From Nemertoderma westbladi (taxonomy: Eukaryota; Animalia; Xenacoelomorpha): a stretch of 64,000 nucleotides of DNA. Shown here one piece after another: positions 32,428 to 43,300 of the stretch. The stretch covers positions 310,001 to 374,000 of the forward strand of contig JAUCBJ010007289.1 in NCBI GenBank assembly GCA_032718475.1, read 5' to 3'. Numbering within the stretch: the first letter of the stretch is position 1; every line of letters begins with the position of its first letter. Made by a program: the position numbers and the translations under genes. The notes under the pieces were generated by a model. It saw nothing but the letters and a program-made list of their open reading frames with translations, had not been told where the DNA came from and ran no database searches.

Positions 32428-33622
32428 TGTACGCGCTTTTGAAGACCTTTAGCAGTTTAACCTGCCAAAATTTATATGTCTTTTGGTTTATAAATAGACT
32501 TTAGAAATTGACAAATATTTAATACCAATAAACACAACATTAGCAGAAGCCAGCCTAGTGCGCGTCCATTCACCCGCTGGATATACCCGGGAGACTGGAT
32601 TCTGAGGGCTTAGATTGTTATTGCAGTGTAAGCTTACTGTATTATTCGATTGATCGCTAATAAATAATTTCTGACCAATATTATTCACTTTCGGGAAATA
32701 TTAACAGTTCCTTTAGGACGTGGCGCTCTATCTAGGTAAACAGAGATATGACTTATACTAAACACAACGGTAAGTCGGTAAGGCTTATGATTCACGTATG
32801 AGGCGCATTCTTTAGGAAATGCTTAGTTATCAGCCACAATCATGCACACTACCGGTAACACACAATACTGCTCACTAATTTGCCGACCATCAATTAATTT
32901 TATCATATATAAAGAGAACAGCAACTGACTCATGTAGTGCTTATCAAATAGCATTAAATTCACTACAAACCACAATAATATAAGTCGCAATCGCTATATG
33001 TAACCCGTCTCTCTAACCTGTAGTGTATCAAGAAAATTGGGAAATTTGGGTTCTTTATAGATGTTCTCCAAATAATATTCAACCAAATGATACAAAATAT
33101 GACAACAGTAAATAGCAGTCTAATAATGTATGTTGAACCGATAATGTAAGACTGAACTGGACTGTTAAGACTTGATTGAGCCGATAACAGTTATAAGCTC
33201 TATAATCTAAGCCTACTAATGTTTCTTCTAAAGTCTGAAACGAATTGACTCTAGAGCCGGTGTTCTTGGCCTAGATAGAAACAACACAACAGTATCACAA
33301 AAAAACAGTAAGACTGAACACTCCTAGCATGATCTGCCAAATATCTCCACATCGACAGAAAAAATCGCTCTGATTGGCTGTTAAGCTAAACAAAGAACCA
33401 TGTGTCCAATGGCCGTTTCCATGTCAGCAACCAGCTGTTAGATGTCGTAATCTGAATCATCAAGGCTAAGCTGTGCCAGGGTATTTGACGCATTGCGGGT
33501 TTTTTGCCTTACCATGTCCGCCAAAGCACACATACAGAAGAATGACTTTTATGTCCGTTAAAACACCTATAACGGTACCTTGCGGGCGAGGGGGACTGAT
33601 TATATCCGCAAAAGCTTTTACA
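32428..33622 (-). repeat. 5' LTR of element 1 (1195 bp)
   Basis: The minus strand reads TGTAAAAGCTTTTGCG...CAAAAGCGCGTACA, with a CCAAT box near 33375. Confidence 0.95.
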
Positions 33623-34318
33623 AACAGTGTGGAAGGGTTTACTGTGGAAGATCACCAATGGTGGTGAACAGGCATTCCTTTAGGAAACAGAGTAAAGGGT
33701 TTACTGTGGAAGATCACCCATGGTGGTGAATAGGCATTCTTATAGGAAACAGAGAGGAAGGGTTTACTCTGGAAGATCACCCATGGTGATGAACAGGCAT
33801 TCCTTTAGGAAACAGAGTGGAAGGGTTTACTGGGGAAGAGCACCCATGGTGGTGAACAGGCATTCTTTTAGGAAACCGAGTGGAAGGGTTTACTGTGGAA
33901 GATCACCCATGGTGTGGTGAACAGGCATTCCTTTAGGAAACAGAGTGGAGGGGTTTACTGTGGAAGATCACCCATGGTGTGGTGAACAGGCATTCCTTTA
34001 TGAAACAGAGTGGAAGGGTTTACTGTGGAAGATCACCCATGTTGGTGAACAGGCATTCCTTTAGGAAACAGAGTGGAGGGGTTTACTGTGGAAGATCACC
34101 CATGGTGTGGTGAACAGGCATTCATTTATGAAACAGAGTGGAAGGGTTTACTGTGGAAGATCACCCATGTTGGTGAACAGGCATTCCCTTTGGAAACAGA
34201 GTGGAAGGGTTTACTGTGGAAGATCACCCATTGTGGTGGACAGGCATTCCTTTAGGAATCAGAGTGGAAGGGTTTACTGTGGGAGAGCACCCATGGTGTG
34301 GTGAACAGGCATTCCTTG
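33623..34318. repeat. 63-65 bp satellite, about 11 copies
   Basis: Tandem GGAAGGGTTTACTGTGGAAGATCACCCATGGTGGTGAACAGGCATTCCTTTAGGAAACAGAGT. Confidence 0.95.
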
Positions 34319-34783
34319 GGTTAACGAGCCTAAAATATTATCCCATTCATTACTATTTATTTCAATAACAATAAGTATATGATATACTTTATATGTAAAA
34401 ATATGTTTGAGAATAACAAAATAAAACCAATACAAATGTTACAGTAGTTTGTATTTGGTGAATTTCCAGCTTTGCTTTGCTTTGCAGTAGAGCTGAGGTA
34501 AATAGACTAAATGTATGAATTATAATTACAACAGGTGGATCTATCAGTAATATTTATAACTCTCATTATTATAAATTTATTCTACTTGAGGAATTATCGA
34601 GATATAGCAGATATTATCTTTACTATTATTATTTTGCTCCTATTTAAGTAGTATAATCTAATCATCATTATTGAGAAATATGAACAATTATGTCCGAGGC
34701 CCGTGCTGGGCGAAGGGTCCACGGATGTGTTCTACTCTAGTGGAGCAGTCTCAGGGCGGACTAATATTTCTATATTCACTAAC

Positions 34784-35452
34784 TTAAGTTTTGATCCAGT
34801 GTCATGATTTCTGAATATACAACATCCAATTGGTCCGGTGTTAGAGGGCAATCATACCAACGGGCGTGGCAGATGAATCCAGGGAAATGTTGGGTGTGTG
34901 AATGTTCAATTCCCAAAAGTAAAGGAGTTGTTTGATCATAAGCTGATCTAAACAAGAATGGTTCTCCATAATCTGTTGTCTCAACGACTTCCGTAACAAC
35001 ATTCTTGGAGTAAAGTGTTGTCATTTCATCACCGGCTGTTACACTAACAGCAACCATATGCCATTCATTGACAGTTACAGCATTTTGAAGTTCCTTACAA
35101 TAAGCGTCATCCGCAGTTCCAGGATTGTACCACAAGGTAGTACCAATTGGATGGTTGAATAAATGAGAACCTCTGGATGCCGCATTGCCAAACTCATATA
35201 TTGGTCCAGGTCCACCATTGTTTCTGATAAACGCCACGAACGTGAATGTGTCTGAGATTAATTCCAAGTAGGTATGGTCAATTGAAATGTAACTATTAGA
35301 GAAATCAATCGCGCCATTGGGATTCCCATTTATTCCATACGGGTAATCGAAAGGAATTGGAAATATCTCACCATTAAACTTTCGCAATAAGTCTTTCGCC
35401 ATATAATCCGAATTCAATGGCCAGTGTGCTGCATATTTGCATGATGGTAAAA
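34784..35452 (-). CDS. LamG/concanavalin A-like (pentraxin-fold) domain exon of the host gene (669 nt, phase 1-1)
   Basis: AHWPLN..GAIDFSNSYISI..TFTFVAFIR..WHMVAVS..LLLG..FPGFICHARWYDCPLTPDQL. Acceptor TTGTTTACAG|TT, donor TTAA|GTTAGT, length divisible by 3. Confidence 0.8.
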
Positions 35453-35805
35453 CTGTAAACAAGTAAATATTTATTGAGTAATAATATATAAATAATTCAT
35501 TTCGACTTTTGTGTAATCCAGAACTATTTATGATGACAATGCGCACCGCGGCACAATTTCATAATAAATTTATCGACCTCTATCTATACTGACTATGAGA
35601 AAGCCTTCATTTTGGCTAAAGCTGCGTAGCCACGGAATTAGTGGTAGGGTCTATAGTTGGTTGGCTAATTATTTAACTGGAAGGTTACAACGTTTTAATA
35701 CTTTTTTTTAAGAGAATCAACACACCATGTCGGGGTATAATATATTTATATATTATAAAGTTATAGCACAAAATAAAATAATAATAAATAATAAAATTGC
35801 TAGTT

Positions 35806-36004
35806 TACTACTACTAGGTCGAGAGAACTCGGACAGTGGAAATGAGATCCTTCCAGGCTTCCCGATTCTCCATAGTTGTCGCAAATTCGTTTCTCACAAG
35901 TTCAGTATCCCTTTCAAGTTGATCTATATATGTTATGGCCGGTTGTCCACGACTACGCTTTCCATGAGTTGGTTGCCAGAAAAGTAGACCTGGTATGACC
36001 TCGT
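35806..36004 (-). mobile_element. 3' end of RTE-like LINE 2 (split by element 2)
   Basis: The minus strand encodes LLFWQPTHGKRSRGQPAITYIDQLERDT..MENREAW and is followed by (TAG)n; it continues the RLRFSGHC sequence near 48150. Confidence 0.85.
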
Positions 36005-37242
36005 TGTTCGCGCTTTCAGACCTTTGGCAGTTTAACCCGCCAAATTAGGATGTCTTCTAGATAATAAATCGCTTTAGCCTCTAACAAGTATTTGATTCAC
36101 TACACTAGTTGAAACCAATCTGTGCGCGATCATTCACCCGTTGGATATACCCGGGAGATTGATTTCGACAGCTTAATCTTATTGCTATGTAAGCCTAATG
36201 TATTATTCGACTGACAGTATTATATAATCTCTGACAATATTATTCACCTTCGGGGAATATTAACAGTTCCTTTAGGACGTGGCGCTCTATCTATATAAAC
36301 AGAGTTATGACTTAAACTACTCACAACGATATGGCTCAGTTATAATTCACATATATGTCGCATTCTTTAGGAAATGCTTCTTTATCAGTTTCACTCATAC
36401 ACAATGCTGCACAATACTGCACACTAATCTGCCAATCTTCACTGATTTTAGTCACATATAAAAGGAACACAGACTGGCTCATGTAGGGTCTATCAAATAA
36501 CATTAGATTCACTTCAAACCACTTTAACATAAGTCACAATCGTTATATGTAACCCTTCTCTCTTACCTTCGGTATATCAAGAATATTGGGTTTTCGGGGT
36601 TATTTCTCGTTATTCCAATATAATAATTCATCAACAAATATAATGAATAACCGACAGCAAAATCAGTAAAGTTAAGGTATAAATGATTTGGTATGGTATG
36701 CCGCATTTATGGATGTTATGCAGGTCGATAAAGGATATATGTCCTTATAATTAAGCCTACTAGTGTAAGGCTAAAGCAGAAAAGCACAAAATACTCTAAA
36801 GCCGTTCTTCCTGGCTTAGAATCACTAACAACACTGATAAGAATAACTATAAGAATACCAGCTACCCTTATTCCACGAAGCTCCCGTCCAACACAGAGGA
36901 TGAGCATTGAGATAGGAAAATTCAGTTCAGTAGCTCTGTGATAGGTCAAAATCAAAGCCAACTCAAATCCTATTGGCAGATACAGAAAGCTGCAACGTGG
37001 CAATATCAGCCGTTAGCCGTCGTCATGGTAGCGACACTGTTTTCAAGAGTATCGAGCTTTTTACGTCATGAAATTGCAGATTATGTCCTCTAAAGTACAA
37101 ATACAGTTCAAATACAGAAGAAATGACTTTTATGTCCTCTAAAACACCAGTACAGCAAGGACACGGCCTTTTTATGCCTGGCAAACCAACTACAGAGTAC
37201 TTTAAGGGAAAATAACCGGTTAATGACGCAAAAGCTTTTACA
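36005..37242 (-). repeat. 3' LTR of element 2
   Basis: Plus strand TGTTCGCG..AAAGCTTTTACA; PPT-like GGGAGCGG on the minus strand at 37243-37250. Confidence 0.95.
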
Positions 37243-37320
37243 CCGCTCCCAGAAAATGGGATTTAAGTCTATAAAATATAACAAATCACAGTTTCTAAAA
37301 TATAAAGATACTCTAAACAG

Positions 37321-38646
37321 TTAGTCTTTCTTACGCAGACGGCGTTTACGCAGTTTTGAGGCTAGCAAGATTCCTTTTCTCTTTGGGGCGAGCCACTTTA
37401 CTAGGAGGGCTATAAATCCTGGGTGAAGGGTGCAATATGATTGCATCAGAAGGTGTAGGATTATGGTCGGGGTATCCGCCGTTTCGATATGCTTCCCCTC
37501 GAGCTGATTTTCCTCCGCTCGTAGCTGGATACGTTCATCCAAAAACTCTCGCAGAGAATGGGGGTTGCCTAAGTTCGATATCTTCTTAGAGATTCTGGAT
37601 TTTACAATCGAACTGAGATAAAGACAATTCGTTTATCGCTTGGACTTGCTGTTACAACTTACGTTTATCTGAACAAACGCAGGTTTCCTTTCTGATCTTT
37701 GTAGAATAGCGTTTAACTCGTTTGTACAACGCTCTCCTTCACCTTGATGAAGGGTTGTATCGCGTTAAACGGGAACGACCATACGGTTGGATAGTGATAT
37801 TAGGTGTCCGCGTCACAATCCGGCTAGGTAAGATGGGCGACTAGCTAGAAATCACTGTCGGAGTGTTACCGATTAATTGTTAGGGTAGCACTAGATCTTT
37901 GAACAGTGAATACAGTCCGCGAGGATCCGTCATACTAATAGGATCAAATCAAGAGTCTGAAGTCTCACTGGGGAATGAGGAGTTCTAATCGAGTATTCCG
38001 AAACTCTGATCATTGGTTTATTTAAGGATCGTCTGAGTCGAACGAGCGTAGGTGATACATCGAACAAGTTTCGCTCGAAACTCCCGTAAGTATAGCGAGT
38101 AAAACCGTGTTTAAAGCAACGTCTCCGCGGATGTTTATGTCTTTCCGTTTATTAGTTGGGACTAGGGCATTTATCGTAATAATACCAAAGACGCACGTCT
38201 GGTAGGGGAAACGCGGGTGATATTTATTTGTTGTTACAATGCTTCTATCAAGAATTCCAAATATACGTTGGAGTTACCGCGTTTATTTGTTTCTTTAGTG
38301 TCTTTTCTTTCGAGTCGATTTCGAATAGAATTTTCGCATTCGAATTTCAGTTTATGGTTCCGACTCCGCTGGGCAGGATATATAGTCGACATAGTCCGTA
38401 TTATGTAAATCGATAGGATGACCAGTAGTTAAGAAGCCCATATACGTACCATTACGCTGCGTACATTTTTCTATAGTCCAACTCACGCGTGAGCTGCTCT
38501 TGGGACATTGGCGGTTCGATATAACGACCATCGTCCTCCGCAGCAGTTGGACTAACGTCGCCGCGTATTAAGCTATCAACAAACGCTTGTAAAAGTAGAG
38601 TATATCGCTCCCCGATACCAAGACCATCTTCTATCAACTCCGTCAT
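37321..38646 (-). pseudogene. Decayed accessory ORF of element 2 (exonuclease and knuckle domains deleted)
   Basis: The MTELIEDGLGIGERYTL start and KLRKRRLRKKD end match element 1; it has stops, frameshifts and large deletions. Confidence 0.85.
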
Positions 38647-40352
38647 GTCTGCTATATATGAGTTTATCCATATTATAATGAGTTTATATTTAGGCGAGCG
38701 GGCGTCGCTGCCTACCCCAATCAGCCCCCGGACAGTGCGAGATCCTCAGCACCGATGTGTCGTCGCCGCTGTACTTTCGCCAACGACGTAGCCGCACAAC
38801 GACAATGACAACCGGCACAAGTCACTCGACTGTCCGTCCCAAAGGCTTAGATACACCTCAGGTTCTTACTGGAGAGTTAGGGTTACTTTCACAATTGCGA
38901 CTCGCTACTGTAAACACACCTTAGTAGTAACATTCGCCTATAAACTCACAAATACCACACACACAACTTGTCACAAATTACACACACTCGGGCCATTTGT
39001 CCGTTAGTCAATGCCTTCCAGAATGTCACTGTATTATTATGTATCCTTGGATACTAGCAGTGCGCTATTTATTCCCTATGCTATTCAATGGGACAAGCTT
39101 TCTATTTTTCTTTTAACTCAATTCTAATTCTAGCGTGGTTGTTGCTATGGTGACATTATGCAAAGCTAGCGGTAGAATTAGGGTAATTCCAATGCATACA
39201 GATCTGGGATGTTATTTAATAGTAATTCTTTAATGGTCAATGTCCTGTTTTATACATGACTTTATGAATTTTATCGGCTATTGACTATGTTTGGGAGACT
39301 TTCGCACACGCATACGCATAATAATATAAATCTCCGCTCCCTTGATCTATTAATTAATGGAATTTTGGGAATGTTATAAATTGCGTAAAATGGCAATTTA
39401 TTAAATTCATTAAAAGACATGAATTTAAATTTATTCCCTGAAATTTTATTATTTGATAATTAAATAGACATATTTTGATTCTAGAACATGTCTGGGGACA
39501 CAAGATCCTTAATTCTATGAAAATTGTCCTTTTAAGAATATCGGTAAATGCTACGATATCTTAATTGACTAGAATTGTTGAAGGATCTGAATTTTACAGA
39601 TTTTGACTTATTAGATTTGCAAATATTAAATAATTAATATTTGAGATGGGCACCGATTTATTCCAGAACTTGTCTGGGGACGTTAACCACTGATTCTATA
39701 ATTTGTCTTTCAAGTATATCGGTGGGTGCCACGATATCTTAATCAACTAGAATTACAGATGGTCAAAGGGTTTAACAGATTTATTTTGCGTTATACGCTA
39801 CTGTTAAAGGGACATCACGCTACTATATGTATTATTTAATATACGGTATGAGAGCAATATCGCACGAAGCAATGTCAGTGTGAAGAGGCAAGTCGTTTCC
39901 AAGGTCTACCCAGAGCTTGGTTTAGCCGAGACACGAGGATCTGAACTTTGCATTCCTAATACTCTGCCTACCAATAATACTTGAATATAGTAGTGGCTTT
40001 ATTGTACTTTAATAAGTACGGACATTTCATCTTAATGCTTCATCTACTTCTTCATCTACAACTTCATCTTAATTTCATCTTTGTAATGTAATACGGACAG
40101 TAAGGAAGAAGGAAAAGAATTATTTCTTGCCGTCGCATTAAATATAATATATACGTAATTAAGTAATAAACGCGAATATATATTGCACTAATCTACTAAA
40201 TAATCGCTAAAATAACATTCTACTGAATAAAATTAAAGAAAACGATTATAATAGAATTACATAGTAATACATACATAAATATAAAAATAATAAAATAATA
40301 TAAAATAATAGAGTCACACACCCACTCCATATGTTGTTACGTTATGGAGTCC

Positions 40353-43300
40353 CTAGATGTTTGAAGGATTAGGGAGGTGGTCGTGGGAAGAGAATCTTGC
40401 CTTCCACAGTTTCCGGAGTCCTCCATTCCCTTCCGATAAACACAAACGACCGACTGGGTGATTGAGTCGCTGCATCCTGAATACAATTCCAGGTTTCCTC
40501 TTCGTCCTGGAATAGTGACGATAGAAACATCGCTCAAAGTATATGACGGCGTCACAAAGCCGATTCCAGGAGCTATAGTGGTCCGTCGCTCTCTGCAGGA
40601 GAGGTGAGAGTCCCTGCGAGACGTCTGATGTTCCAGAGCTCCAATCGCTCTCTCTGATCTTCATGAAGGATCCACTCGCGGTGGGGAGGCCCAGATCCAC
40701 GGCGTCGTCCCTGGCAACATGTAATACCGACAGATCTATCCCGGGTTCAAATAACTCCGATCCACCCGTCCGGGTTTTAGGTTTGACTTTCTCCGCTCCC
40801 TTGGCTGGTCTAATCTCAGTCGGAGTAAGATGGGGAGGCCATTCATCCTCCTTACTCAGGAAGTCGGGTTCACCTAACCGGTCTGTAGGATCTGTCAGTT
40901 CTTGAGGAGTTGCTCCTCTGGAAGCGATGTCAGTTGGATTAAACTTATTGGGGCAATATCTCCATTGATCTACATTGGAGCTAAGATTGTCATTATCTGA
41001 GGAGTGTGGTGTTCCCTCAGTTGGGTCGTCTCCCTCACTAGTATCATCTTCCCATTCACTCACCTGGCAGACGCGATCTTGAAGCAGTCTTTCCCTGAGC
41101 GTTCTACGGGAAGGTCCAGTAAGGTACCAACCTACTCTAGTTCTTACCGCATAGGTCTGTAGTGGCTGCGGTTGAGCAGGTCGTTTCTCTAATGTCTCCA
41201 GCGCCTCATGCGCGTTTTGGCCGATGAGTATTTGCACTCCAGGATAATCAGTCTGGAATCGAGGTATGTTAAGATGTTGGATGCTCTCATCCTCGTCCCA
41301 ATTATAAAGGTCTGCTTGAGTAGTAGCGAAGTTCTTTATAGCCACCATTTTCACTGACCTTATGCTATGTTCTCCTAGTTCGTCCTGGGGGGTGGACAAC
41401 GCGCCTACATAATAATCAGCTGTTACGGTAGATTTCCAAACTTGCATGATTCCTGACATGTTTAGCTTGGTTCGGAACTTGGGTTGTCCAGCAAAGATGA
41501 CTTCGGCTAGTTCTTTATCGATGAATGTTCCTGTGCTACCGGAGTCCAGGAGGGCGTTCACTATATAGCTCTTCTGAGGTCCGTGGACCCGTAACTGGAC
41601 TACAGGAAATTCTCGGATTCCTATATTGAAAGTTGGCGCTTTCCAAGATGGTTGTTGATCTGAAGTAGTTAGGGTGAGGTCGCTGTCTGTGTCTTTCTCA
41701 TACATGAGTGCTCGATAAACTGCGGTGGTGTTTATTAAGTAACAGGATTCGTTTTCGTCGGAGAACTCGTCTGTATAGAATCCTTCCATCTCAGATTGAT
41801 CAGTGTCGTTCACATCACTGAATTGGACATGTAGTTCGGACTCACTTACCTGACTCGGGCTGTTTCGTTCGAATTCCGTGTGCAACAAGATATGATGTTT
41901 TGCGCCGCACTTTGCACACCTTGCGTCGGAGTAACAGGTTCGCCGTTGGTGTCCTCGTCTGAGGCAATTATAACACAACCGCTTATCCCACATGACTTCA
42001 CGTCTATCCTTTAGTGATTTCTTCAGGAATTTATCACACGCATTTAAACGGTGGGGCCCGTCGCACAGCACACATTTCGGCTTGATGTTACTTACTTTAA
42101 CCTGTGCTATGTGGTGCACACTTGTTCTTTCCTCGGGCTTTCTCACCTGAATTCTTTTAGGAGACGTAGGAAGGGTTTTTTGTACCGGTTCCCTTCTGTC
42201 ATTGGGTCGAGACTTGGATTTACTTACCTGATCTTTAGGCATTTTATTGACATAATAAGATCTGTCAGTGTCTTTCCCGCTGTCCTCTCCTTGAGAAGTT
42301 TGGCTTTCACCGTCGTCGGTATAACATACTGGTGTTACCCTTCTCCTAGAAACGGGTTTCTCACTTACCTTGTTTTCCAATGTCTTCTCTCTGGACTGCC
42401 TTAGGAGCTGTAATTTCACTTCTCTATCTAAGAATGACATGAGATCAGTCATGGTAGGGTCTCGTCGTTGTTGTTCCATCATATATAACACCTTCTTGTC
42501 CCAGCGTGTACCTACTCCACCCTTGGGCAAAGTAGATGCTAAGGCTCCTACAACCATAGAATTCTGGTATTCATGAGACTTACCTAACCAATCTAGTTGT
42601 CTACAGATCTCCTGAATCTCATCGGAAAACTCTATAATCCCGCTGCTAAGAAACTTTCGGGGCGCCATTAATTTCGCATATAAATACCTAGCTATGTTAG
42701 TCCTATTACCATACCTGATGTTTAGTGTATCCCAAACTTGTCTTAATCCATCTGGATGTCCAATAAATTTTAACGCCATTGACTTGGGAGATCCTTCCAA
42801 GCACTCGATGAGGAATCTAAGTTTCTCTCCATTAGATAGCACAGAGTTCTGTATGTTATCTTTGTAATATTCATTAAAAGGTAACCATTTCATCTCATCT
42901 CCATTGAACTTGACGATCTCTCCCACCTTTACCGCTTGCCGGGCTTCGGTTCTAGCCATTTGACGCGTAAAACTTTCTTGGGCCATCGTGTTATTTAATA
43001 TCGAGTTATCGGTATATAAATTTCTCGGATTATGATCCGGTCTATAGGGAATATCATTATCAACAGGTTTATAATTACCCTTAATAGGGTTCACTATAGG
43101 AGTTTCTACTTCGCTAGCAGTATAGATGCGTGTAGGCTCCACACCTTGCGCATGAGATACTTCAGACCTAACAGGATGACACATTGTTACAAGGGGTGGT
43201 GGTATACCCTTTTGTAAATTTACTAATTTATCATGTTCTAGCGCGATATTTTGCTGCACTTCTTGCAACTCTAGTCTACTTTCCCTTACTGTGCTATGCA

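Larger units (their letters stand above)
14753..33622 (-). mobile_element. BEL/Pao LTR retrotransposon element 1, full length, 18.87 kb, with an accessory exonuclease ORF
   Basis: Two LTRs of about 1.2 kb (TGT..ACA), 5-bp TSD AACAG (14748-14752 and 33623-33627), gag-PR-RT-RH-IN order and BEL-type motifs. Confidence 0.95.

Noticed and set aside
32125-34318. The 38-bp and 63-bp arrays (and the 37-bp array at 55781) as CRISPR arrays
   Set aside because: They are head-to-tail repeats with no unique spacers, there are no cas genes, and the context is eukaryotic.
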